DNA of 42,087 nt from Nemertoderma westbladi (Eukaryota > Animalia > Xenacoelomorpha), in NCBI GenBank assembly GCA_032718475.1, contig JAUCBJ010003413.1, positions 1 through 42,087 on the forward strand. The letters run 5' to 3'. Position 1 is the first letter of the stretch. Each line of letters starts with the position of its first letter. The notes beneath the pieces are model-generated. The model saw only the letters and a list, made by a program, of their open reading frames with translations, searched no databases and was not told where the DNA came from. Positions 12,054 through 23,695 of this stretch are shown here, piece after piece. Position numbers and translations under genes: made by a program.

Positions 12054-15000
12054 ATGTCTGACACTCAGCAAAACCTGTCAGACAGTCTAATCGATACAAC
12101 CATCTGTGACACAGATAGGAGTGTGGAGCGATTAAGAAAGGAGTTCAGCTCACCTCCTACTGAAAGAAAGGTCATCCCTCCAGTAGTAGTATCAGACCCT
12201 AAGCTAATCCAACACCGTAGGTCTATCATCGGCACTCGGGCCCAAGTCAAACGGAACCTGCAGCTGTCCCACAGCAGCAACAGCCTAGTCAAGAAACTTG
12301 TTCCCAGCGATCCGATAGCTCCAGTAGTTCGGATACTGTCGAGCTGACCCCCGAACGCGGATTGCAGATGGCAGCTACAGCATACTCGGACCCCCTTCTC
12401 ACCCTTCCTGCCGCAGTGCTAACTACTATATTGATTGCGGTGGAGGAACATCAAGCCGATTGGGCGAGAAGTAAGCGAGCGACCCAAGATAATTATGCGG
12501 GATACGCCAGGGAAGAATTGATGTCGATTGTCGAGTCACAATGGAACTTTCCCGGACCCGGACTCCCGTTAGATTTGTCCGAAGCTACTTGGGAAGACAT
12601 ACACAGGATGGGAGTGACTAAAGATACAATGGATCCAGCTGTTTGGAAGAGGTCGGCAGCAGGATATGTGCAGGGATTCTTCGGCTCCTTAGAGCGATTG
12701 GAAGAACAACTGTTTCGACAACCCCAAGGACCTCAAGAGCAGGAAGAGCTGCTATATCAAGTACGCGAAAGAACTCTACGCATTAGACTAATCCTATCAG
12801 CCTTTGAGGAAACTTCCAAAAGAAGACAGGACACGTCGCTGCAGGTTGCTGTCAAAACTTGGTTCCAGCGGGTAGGTCTCAAAGTACAAGAAACAGACCA
12901 GTGGAAATCCCAGCTGTCTGAGAGACTAACCTATGAAGAACCAACTGATGCCACCCTTTCTCAAGTGGAAGGCGAAGAGACCGCAGAGAGACCACGAACG
13001 AGAGACGCCATAGACATTTATCTGTCCGACTATCAGCGATTCCTAGGAGACGAGGAGTTGAGGAGACGGTTATCTGGACTTTCCCCTAATAGTGAAGGAA
13101 CCCAGCGTGTGTTAGACTCAATCGATGCTGAAATGTTAGCTGCTAACCAAGCTGAATTTGATGAAAAACTCCGCCTCACTAGAGTCCAAGAAGAACGAGT
13201 AAAGAAAAAACGGATAGAGGACAAAAGGGCAGTAGCAGCGGCGAAAGCGGCAGCGTCAGTGGAAGAGGCAAGGGCAGCAGCGGCAGTGGAAGAGGCAGAA
13301 GCAAAAGCGGCAGCGACAGTGGAAGCAGCCAAAGCAGCAGCAGCAATGGCATTGGCAGACGCAGAACAGAGAGCGTCTGAAGAGACCATACAACTGGAGT
13401 TGGAAAATCTTCAAGAGACGCAAGACTGCATAAATAAACAGTTAACTGCTAGTCAAATGCAGATGAGGAGTCGATCTACTCCCAAGCGTCAAGGATACAC
13501 ATCATCGGAGGAAGGCGAGACCACTGATCCTGAAGGCGGAGGAAATAGATCTCGTCTAAGCAGGCGTAGAAAAACATCTCACCGTCACAAATTGCCTGAT
13601 TTGCCCCCGGCGGTTAGAAGACAACTAACTAGCACAGACTTAGGTAGTACAGAACCCACAGAACAAATTATTCAGGTCAAAAGACTCCCTACAATAGTTG
13701 ATGAGCCTGAAATAATTAGGCCTGTCGTTCCCAAAGTCACTTCTGTGCTAGAGACCCCTGTACTTCCAGAGCTTAACTCTAAATTCCCTTTACACAGTAC
13801 TACACTGCCTGTACCCGGTAGAACAGTCCATGAGAATATCCCTGTCCTGGAAGCTGAGAGAGAAATCAAAGATTTGTCTCCCGTCGTCCCGCGTCAGCCC
13901 GCTGCAATGTTGGCGACTCCCGCTTCGGCGGTCGAGTGGGTAGAGGAGGGACGGCGGGGGATGAATCTCCTGCTCGGACAGATGCAGGAGACTGTCCACC
14001 AGCTTAAGGGAACAGTAAGGGAAGGTAGGGCAGAATTGCAAGAAGTGCAGCAAAGTATCGCACTGGAACGCGACAAATTAGTCAATATACAAAAGGGCAT
14101 ACCAATACCCCCTGTAACATTGTGTCAACCTGTTAGGTCTGAAGTATTACATGCGCAAGGTGTGGAGCCTACACGCATCTATACAGCTAGTGAAGTAGAA
14201 ACTCCTATAGCAAACCCTATTAAGGGTGATTATAGACCTGTTATTAATGATATCCCCTATAGACCTGACAATGATCCGAGAAATTTATATACCGATAATT
14301 CGATATTAAATAACACGATGGCCCAAGAAAGCTTTACGCGTCAGATGGCTAGAACAGAAGCCCGCCAAGCGGTCAAAGTGGGAGAGATCGTCAAATTCAA
14401 TGGAGATGAGATGAAATGGTTACCTTTCAACGAATATTACAAAGACAGCATACAGAACTCTGTGCTATCTAACGGAGAGAAACTTAGGTTCCTCATCAAG
14501 TGCTTGGAAGGACCTCCCAAGTTAATGGCGTTAAAGTTTATTGGACATCCAGAAGGATTAAGACAAGTTTGGGATACATTAAACATCAGGTATGGTAACA
14601 AGGATAACATAGCTAAGTATTTGTATGCAAAATTAGTAGCCCCCCGAAACTTCCTTAGTAGCGGGATTATAGAGTTTTCCGATGAGATTCAGGAGATCTG
14701 TAGACAATTGGACTGGTTAGGTAAGTCTCATGAATATCAGAGTTCCATGGTTATTGGAGCCGTAGTCTCTACTTTACCCAAGGGTGGAGTATGTACACGC
14801 TGGGACAAGAAAGTGTTGTACATGAATGAACAACAACGACGAAGCCCTACCATGGCTGATCTCATGTCCTTCTTAGATGGTGAGGTAAAACTACAACTCA
14901 TCAAGCAGTCCAGAGAGAAAACATCGGAAAATAAGTTAAGTGAGAAACCCGCTTCTAGGAGAAGAGTAACACCGGTGTGTTACACTGACGACGGCGAAAG

Positions 15001-16252
15001 CCAAGCTTCTCAAGAAGAGGACAGCGGGAAAGACACCGATCGATCTTACTATGTTGACAAAACCTCAAAAGACGTAAGTAAATACAAGGCTCGAAACAAC
15101 GATAGGAGAGAACAGGTTGCCAAGACCCCTCCTCAGTCTCCTAACAGAATGCACCGAAGAAAACCCGAAGAAAAAACGAGAGTGCATCAAGTTATCCAAG
15201 GTAAAATGAGTAACATAAAACCTAACTGTGCGCTGTGCGACGGGACCCACCGTTTGAGTGCGTGTGCTGAATTTCTAAAGAAATCCTTGGTAGACAGACG
15301 TGCAGTCGTGTGGGACAAGCGGTTATGCTATAATTGCCTCAGATCAGGACACCAACGGCGAACCTGTTACTCCGACATAAAGTGTGCAAAGTGTGGCGCG
15401 AAACATCACATCTTGTTACACAGTGAGTTCGAACGAGACAAACAGAGTCAGGTAAGTGAGCCCGAACTACATGTCCAATTCAGTGATGTAAATGACACTG
15501 ATCAGGAGTCTGAGATGGAAGGATTCTATACTGACGAATTCTCCGACGCCAACGAATCCTGTTATCTAATCAATACCGCAGTGTATCGAGCACTTACTTA
15601 TGAAAAGGACACCAACAATGAGTTTCCCCCAACTACTTTTGCCAAACAACCATCTTGGAAAGCTCCAACTTCCAACGTAGGAATCAGAGAATTTCCTGTA
15701 GTGCAGGTAAGAGTTCACGGTCCTAACCACAGTTACATAGTGAACGCACTCCTTGACTCCGGCAGCACAGGAACATTCATCGATCAAGAATTAGCCGAAG
15801 ATATCTTTGCGGGACAACCCAAATTCCGGACTAAATTGAATATGTCAGGAATTATGCAGGTTTGGAAATCTACCCTAACGGCAGATTACTATGTAGGTGT
15901 GTTGTCCACTCCCCAGGATAAATTAGGAGTACAAGGTATAAGGTCGGTAAAAATGGTGGCTATAAAGAACTTCGCTACTACTCAAGCAGACCTTTATAAT
16001 TGGGACGAGGATGAGAGCATCCAACATCTTAAGATACCTCGGTTCCAGACAGATTATCCTGGAGTGCAAATACTCATCGGCCAAAACGCGCATGAGGCGC
16101 TCGAGACATTGGAGAAACGGCCTGCTCAACCACAGCCACTGCAAACCTATGCGGTAAGAACTAGAGTAGGTTGGTACTTTACTGGCCCTTCCCGCAGGAC
16201 CCTCGAAGAGAGAATGCCACAAGAACAAATATACCAAGTAAACGATTGGTAA
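12054..16252 (+). pseudogene. gag: BEL/Pao Gag-protease polyprotein with a probable 1-bp frameshift near 12236
   Basis: ATG at 12054 opens 97 codons. The -1 frame is open from 12221 and runs into the 1296-aa ORF, which contains a DUF1759-like capsid region, knuckles CALCDGTHRLSAC / CYNCLRSGHQRRTC / CAKCGAKHHILLH and the aspartic protease motif ALLDSGS. Ends at an in-frame TAA (16250-16252). Confidence 0.9.
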
Positions 16253-17720
16253 GTGGAGAGCAGTGAGGTGGACGAACTAACTGAGGGAACACCATACTCC
16301 TCAGATAATGACGACATCTACCAACTCTTCGATGAAGAGAACACAATCGACCTACTTACAGAAAACCAAACTTGGAAAAATCAGGTGAACCTATGTCAAC
16401 TGATTCGCCCATCGGAACCCATCGCTTACAATGACGAACTAAACGATGAGATAGAGCGCTACAACGCTAGAACTCGGGACGAACTAGCCGTACGATTCTT
16501 TACTCAAGAACTGGTAGAGCCCAATTCATATGATAAGGCCCTATCGATAGAAGAAGAAAGAGCCAAGCAAATCCAGGAAACAACTACACGTTTTTTAAAG
16601 GACCAAGGTAGATATGAAATCGGCCTACCATTTCGAAAACGAGAACCTAGATTTATAAATAACAGACCCTTGGCAGAGAAAAGAATCGCTCAATTACATC
16701 GACGCCTTACGGCTAATGCTTCAGCTAAAGAAATGTACCAAACTCAGCTGAAGAAATTTATAACAAAGGGATACGCGGAGCGAGTACCGGAAGGAACACC
16801 AGTAACTGAGAGAACGTATTACTTAACACATCATTACGTTCCCAAACCCGGTAAACCCCACGAAGTACGAGTCGTATTCGATGGCTCCGCCCTATATATG
16901 GGCCAATCCCTCAATTCCGAGTTGTTACCAGGACCCAACTTACTCCAATCTTTGTTGGGAATACTTTTAAGATTAAGACAATATTCCATCGCGTTCGCCT
17001 CCGATATAGAAGGAATGTTCTTACAAGTCAAGGCGCTGGATAGAGATAGAGACAGCCTGAGATTTCTGTGGTGGCCTGAAGGAGACCTCAATCAGAAACC
17101 GGTAGAGTACTGGATGACCATCCAGGCTTTTGGAATCATATCAAGCCCTTCCAACGCCTGCTCCGTGGTGCGAACCACTGCGAATGACAACCGAGACTCC
17201 TTCTCAAAAGAAGTGATAGACAACATAAAACGTAATATATACATGGACGACAATTTAAGGTCCCTTCCATCAGTAGAAGAAGCCATAGCTGTCGCGAAAG
17301 GAACGGTAGAGTGTTTGAAAAGAGGTGGATTTCGACTGACGAAATTCACTAGCAACTCTCGTGAGTTTCTGGAAGCCATACCGGTAGAAGACCGAGGAAC
17401 GAAAGACCTAGACTTAATAAAGGACGATCTTCCTGAAACCAAGACGCTAGGCTTGAAGTGGGACACTGAAAGAGACATCCTGTTTTTTCAGTTAAAACAG
17501 CGAGATAATCCAGTTCGGACCAAACGGATTTGTTTAAGTATCCTGAGCACTTATTTCGACCCATTGGGATTTATTAGCCCAGTTATATTGATTGCTTTAT
17601 ATTGCTTGGTTTAGTACAACAAATGTGGCTTGAAAACCACTCATGGGACGATCCGCTTAAGGGAGAATTGTTAAAGAAATGGATGAAATGGGAAGATTCA
17701 CTACCTGCCATCGAGAACTT
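16253..17720 (+). pseudogene. pol: BEL/Pao reverse transcriptase, same frame as gag-pro, frameshifted near 17595 and truncated in the RT/RNase H connection
   Basis: RT motifs including YMDD. After FDPLGFISPVIL a small duplication (TTATATTG twice) shifts the frame; the -1 frame continues LGLVQQMWLENHSWDDPLKGELLKKWMKWEDSLPAIENF, the typical BEL connection region, and then the satellite begins. Confidence 0.92.
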
Positions 17721-17730
17721 TATAAGAACA

Positions 17731-18581
17731 CCCTATGGAACTTCAAATGATTATGTGTCTCCCTCTGAGCTCTGAAGGACAACCATATGGAACTTCAAAT
17801 GATTATGTGTCTCCCTCTGAGCTCTGAAGGACACCCTATGGAACTTCAAATGATTATGTGTCTCCCTCTGAGCTCTGAAGGACACCACATGGAACTTCAA
17901 ATGATTATGTGTCTCCCTCTGAGCTCTGAAGGACACCCTATGGAACTTCAAATGATTATGTGTCTCCCTCTGAGCTCTGAAGGACAACCCTATGGAACTT
18001 CAAATGATTCTAAGTCTCCCTCTAAAGGACAACCCTATGGAACTTCAAATGATTATGTGTCTCCCTCTGAGCTCTGAAGGACACCCTATGGAACTTCAAA
18101 TGATTATGTGTCTCCCTCTGAGCTCTGAAGGACAACCATATGGAACTTCAAATGATTCTAAGTCTCCCTCTAAAGGACACCCTATGGAACTTCAAATGAT
18201 TATGTGTCTCCCTCTGAGCTCTGAAGGACACCCTATGGAACTTCAAATGATTATGTGTCTCCCTCTGAGCTCTGAAGGACAACCCTATGGAACTTCAAAT
18301 GATTATGTGTCTCCCTCTGAGCTCTGAAGGACAACCCTATGGAACTTCAAATGATTATGTGTCTCCCTCTGAGCTCTGAAGGACACCCTATGGAACTTCA
18401 AATGATTCTAAGTCTCCCTCTAAAGGACAACCCTACGGAACTTCAAATGATTTTAAGTCTCCCGACACCCTATTGAACTTCAAATGATTCTAAGACTCCT
18501 CCTAAGGGACCGACACCCTATAGAACTTCAAATGATTATGTGTCTCCCTCTGAGCTCTGAAGGACACCCTATGGAACTTCA
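17731..18581 (+). repeat. Satellite A, right block (about 17 copies), degenerate at the distal end
   Basis: Same 52/51/45-bp monomers and orientation as 7050-8829. Confidence 0.97.
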
Positions 18582-20814
18582 TTGATGTTAATTGTTCATT
18601 GATGTCCTTCAGCATAAATATATTCGCTATTCAGTCACAGCCTCAATTCATTTCATTTCATTCATTCATTGTGTCTATATTCAAATTAAATTTATATAAT
18701 CATGAAGTAAAAAGTGCACAGCACGAATAGAAATAGACATATAGGCGAAAAATAAAGTAATTATAAGGTTACCTTGTAAAAGGCGGTAAAATAAATGACG
18801 ATGCACCATAGATGATAGTTGTTACAAACAGATAATAAGAAACCTTCAAACATGTCATTCATGCAGTTTCGTAGTAACATAAATAACACTGACGAATAAA
18901 ATAATCAAACTTTGAAATCTTGAAAAATATAGACGGGATCCACCGGCGGTTGATTCTCCAATATGGATTTGAGACGGCATGAGATCACCAGTTTGATTTG
19001 AGACCATCAAGCCTAATTTCGCTCGACCAGCTCAACTGGTTGGCAAATGTACTCATAAATGACAACACCCCCCTCCCCCCCCCCCCCCCCCCCCCCCCAA
19101 CCACTACTGATTAAAATGATATATTGTATTATGTAATCAAGGGACGGAACGGTATGGGCATACAGTGTGAAGAACTAATGCAAATGTTAATGATATCATA
19201 TATTTCTTACAAGTTATTGACTGCAGTCTGGTTGAGTTACCACGGCCTTACATCAATAAGTATGGTATTGATGCTCGGTATTGCTATACGTACAGTACTT
19301 CAATTTAAGATAATGCATTAACGCGTTCTAATGCTAGATTGAACAAATTATGTTACTCAGTTACTGGGGCAACTGTCCCTGATTTCTGATTCTGTTTATG
19401 TAGGCTTTCGTGTTTCCTTCCAATTAGCGAACAAAATGTAATTTAGCGAATGGAAACTGGCTTGTTTTTTTCATTGTATAACACAAAATCATTAATGCAG
19501 CTTGTCTTTCAAAAGTGTAATAAAGCAACTCCAGTAAGCAACTTAACTAAATTCCACTTAACTAATATTAATACGCTTAAATACTATAATGTGCTTTGTG
19601 CAGCTTGCTTTTAGGATTTGTATTTCATAACATTCTGTTTTTTCGCTCGTAAAATGAAGGAACTTGTTTACTTATGAAATCAAATACTGCAAGGGAATAC
19701 CGAAAACATGAAATGGAATAGTGGATAACATAAAATAAACTAGGACGCAAACCCTATTGTTTGTTGCCATGACCACCGGGACTACTTACCTCCTAAATAT
19801 TCCAGAACATGGAAATAATATAGTAAAATACTGCTGCAGTTCAATTTTTTTGTAACAATGCTTTGTTCTATCTTTTTATAAAAGAATTAAGCAACAAAGA
19901 AAGTACCAATTTAAGAATAAAATTACGTGGGAAAAACAACATGTGACAACATATTTATTCATTATTATCTCGCACATTTATTGACCTCGCTAGCGCTCGG
20001 AAAATAGAATACCTCAAGAATAGTGAAATAAAAGTTATACCTTTTTCCCAAGTAATAAATAATTATTTACAGACTTTTTCGGTCATTAACAGGGTAATTT
20101 CGAATCCCAAAAAATTTGATTTGGATCCATTTTACTCTAAGCTGAATGAACTTATATAAGGGAACAAACAATATTACGTAAATCATTCTATGGAAATATG
20201 TGAACCTCCTCGCTAAGCTCGATCGATACATAAATACATTTCGGTCATAAACGTTGGAAAGTGCCACTTTTCACACAATGACGGTATAAAAGTAATTTGA
20301 AATAAATTAATATGAGAGCTGGGTGTAGTAAACTTTCAAACTTTCCCAAAGCTGTTCTGCGTGTTTCTTTTGGTGCTACATAGATCCCACTATAGCTAGG
20401 GGGGGGTATTATTATACCTGTAAAATAAAATCAAAAGTAAAGTTCGGTAAAATTAATTAACCTAATTGTATATAGTAAGTAAATCAATGGATAAATTATT
20501 TGTATAAATCGTTGTGCAGTCGTGTAATACCTCGACTGTATCCGGTACATGTTCCCCCCATCCCACACCACCCAATGCCAAAATTACCCAATTCTGTTAG
20601 CGGTTAAAATTGTCAGAAAATTAACTTTCAATGTCGCAGTAATGGCGGCCCTAATTCAATTTGGCAGGAAACCTTAATTCTAAATTGTCAGGCGATGTCT
20701 AAATTAGGGTTTCCTAATCAGTTTGCTGAATTAGTGCAGGACAAATACCGGTACCCGCCTAAAATACCAAAGGAAGAGCTAGTCTGGCGATACTCGGTGA
20801 AATGTTATTGTATT

Positions 20815-23695
20815 GCATTCTGTTGTCGTTATTGGGTGATATTGGGCATTGTATGCTGTCGGTATTGGGTGATATTTGGGCGTTATATGTTGTCGGTATT
20901 GGGCGTTGTATGCTGTCGGTATTGGGCGTTGTATGCTGTCGGTATTGGGTGCTATTGGGCATTGTATGCTGTCGGTATTGGGTGCTATTGGGCATTGTAT
21001 GCTGTCGGTATTGGGTGCTATTGGTCATTGTACGCTGTAGGTATTGGGTACTATTGGGCATTGTATACTGTCGGTATTGGTTGTTGTTGGGCGTTGTATG
21101 CTGTCGCTATTGGGTGATATTGGTCATTGCATGCTTTTCGGTATTGGGTGATATTGGGCGTTGTATGCTGTCGGTATTGGGTGATATTGGGCGTTGTATG
21201 CTGTATATATTGGGTGATATTGGTCATTGTACGCTGTAGGTATTGGGTGCTATTGGGCGTTGTATGCTGTCGGTATTGGGTGCTATTGGGCGTTGTATGC
21301 TATCGGTATTGGGTGATATTGGTCATTGTATGCTTTTCGGTATTGGGTGCTATTGGGCGTTATATGCTATCGGTATTGGGTGATATTGGTCATTGTATGC
21401 TTTTCGGTATTGGTTGATATTTGGCTTTGTATGATGTCAGTATTGGGCGATATTGGTCATTGTATGCTTTTCGGTATTGGGTGCTATTGGGCGTTATATG
21501 CTATCGGTATTGGGTGATATTGGTCATTGTATGCTTTTCGGTATTGGTTGATATTTGGCTTTGTATGCTGTCAGTATTGGGCGATATTGGTCATTGTATG
21601 CTTTTCGGTATTGGGTGCTATTGGGCGTTATATGCTATCGGTATTGGGTGATATTGGTCATTGTATGCTTTTCGGTATTGGTTGATATTGGGCGTTGTAT
21701 GCGGTCGGTATTGGGTGACTTTGGTCATTGTATGCTTTTCGGTATTGGGTGCTATTGGGCGTTGTATGCTATCGGTATTGGGTGCTATTGGGCGTTGTAT
21801 GCTATCGGTATTGGGTGCTATTGGGCGTTGTATACTGTCGGTATTGGTTGCTGTTGGGCGTTGTATGCTGTAGATATTGGGTGCTATTGGGCATTGTATG
21901 CTTTTCGGTATTGGGTGCTATTGGGCATTGTATGCTGTCGGTATTGGGTGCTATTGGGCATTATATGCTGCCGGTATTGGGTGCTATTGGGCATTGTATG
22001 CTGTCGGTATTGGGTGCTATTGGGCATTGTATGCTGTCGGTATTGGGTGCTATTGGGCATTGTATGCTGTCGGTATTGGGTGCTATTGGGCGTTGTATGC
22101 TGTCGGTATTGGGTGATATTGGGCGTTGTATGCTGTCGGTATTGGGTGATATTGGGCGTTGTATGCTGTCGGTATTGGGTGCTATTGGGCGTTGTATGCT
22201 GTCGGTATTGGGTGATATTGGTCATTGTATGCTGTCCGTATTGGGTGATATTGGTCATTTTATGCTGTCGGTATTGGGTGCTATTGGGCATTGTATGCTG
22301 TCGGTATTGGGTGCTATTGGTCATTGTACGCTGTAGGTATTGGGTGCTATTGGGCATTGTATCTGTCGGTATTGGGTGCTATTGGGCTTTGTATGTTATC
22401 GGTATTGGGTACTATTGGGCATTGTATGCTGTCGGTATTGGGTGCTATTGGGCATTGTATGCTGTCGGTATTGGGTGATATTGGGCGTTGTATGCTGTCG
22501 GTATTGGGTGCTATTGGGCATTGTATGCTGTCGGTATTGGGTGCTATTGGGCATTGTATGCTGTCGGTATTGGGTGATATTGGGCGTTGTATGCTGTCGG
22601 TATTGGGTGCTATTGGTCATTGTACGCTGTAGATATTGGGTGATATTGGGCGTTGTATGCTGTCGGTATTGGGTGATATTGGGCGTTGTATGCTGTCGGT
22701 ATTGGGTGCTATTGGTCATTGTACGCTGTAGATATTGGGTGATATTGGTCATTGTATGCTTTTCGGTATTGGGTGCTATTGGGCATTGTATGCTGTCGGT
22801 ATTGGGTGCTATTGGGCATTGTATGCTGTCGGTATTGGGTGATATTGGGCGTTGTATGCTGCCGGTATTGGGTGATATTGGTCATTGCATGCTGTAGATA
22901 TTGGGTGATATTGGTCATTGCATGCTTTTCGGTATTGGTTGATATTGGTCATTGTACGCTGTAGATATTGGGTGCTATTGGGCATTGTATGCTGTCGGTA
23001 TTGGGTGATATTGGGCGTTGTATGCTGTCGGTATTGGGTGATATTGGTCATTGCATGCTGTAGATATTGGGTGATATTGGTCATTGCATGCTTTTCGGTA
23101 TTGGTTGATATTTGGCTTTGTATGCTGTCGGTATTGGGTGCTATTGGGGCGTTGTATGCTGTCGGTATTGGTTGATATTGGTCATTGCATGCTGTAGATA
23201 TTGGGTGATATTGGTCATTGCATGCTTTTCGGTATTGGTTGATATTTGGCTTTGTATGCTGTCGGTATTGGGTGCTATTGGGGCGTTGTATGCTGTCGGT
23301 ATTGGGTGATATTGGTCATTGCATGCTGTAGATATTGGGTGATATTGGTCATTGCATGCTTTTCGGTATTGGTTGATATTTGGCTTTGTATGCTGTCGGT
23401 ATTGGGTGCTATTGGGGCGTTGTATGCTGTCGGTATTGGTTGATATTGGTCATTGTACGCTGTAGATATTGGGTGATATTGGTGATTGTATGATTTTCGG
23501 TATTGGGTGATATTGGGCGTTGTATGTTGTCGGTATTGGGTGATATTGGTCATTGTACGCTGTAGATATTGGGTGATATTGGGCATTGTATGCTGTCGGT
23601 ATTGGGTGATATTGGTCATTGTACGCTGTAGATATTGGGTGATATTGGTCATGTATACTTTTCGGTATTGGGTGATATTTGGCTATTGCCCAATA
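20815..23695. repeat. Satellite B: 33-bp monomer GGTATTGGGTG(C/A)TATTGG(GC/TC)(A/G)TTGTATGCTGTC, roughly 85-90 copies
   Basis: 11-codon periodicity in all ORF frames (RYWVLLGIVCC); internal 11-bp subrepeat; strong G/T strand bias. Confidence 0.97.

Larger units (their letters stand above)
8830..17730 (+). mobile_element. BEL/Pao LTR retrotransposon, defective (RNase H core, integrase and most or all of the 3' LTR absent), inserted in satellite A
   Basis: Begins TGT right after satellite CCCTAT. Encodes BEL-type Gag (KFNGD..W..F..Y motif, three Cys/His knuckles), protease LLDSGS and RT (VFDGS, LLPGPNL, SDIEGMFLQV, YMDD, FDPLG..SP, WDDPL). The satellite resumes at 17731 with CCCTAT. Confidence 0.95.

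Noticed and set aside
12221-12347. Programmed -1 frameshift near the start of gag
   Set aside because: No X-XXY-YYZ slippery heptamer is seen in the overlap, and a shift this early is not a Gag/Pol junction; a 1-bp deletion near 12236 is simpler.
13033-17564. Antisense ORFs within gag/pol (and within muskelin at 32470-34131)
   Set aside because: These are shadow ORFs expected opposite long coding or GC-rich sequence; no motifs.
18640-18920. (TTCA)n tract as the tail of a minus-strand CR1/L2 LINE
   Set aside because: No coding remnant or TSD could be read to support it.
19940-20300. CCTCGCTAGCGCTCGG / CCTCGCTAAGCTCG motifs as ends of a Crypton-like element
   Set aside because: Only short motifs; boundaries and a recombinase remnant are not identifiable from this window.
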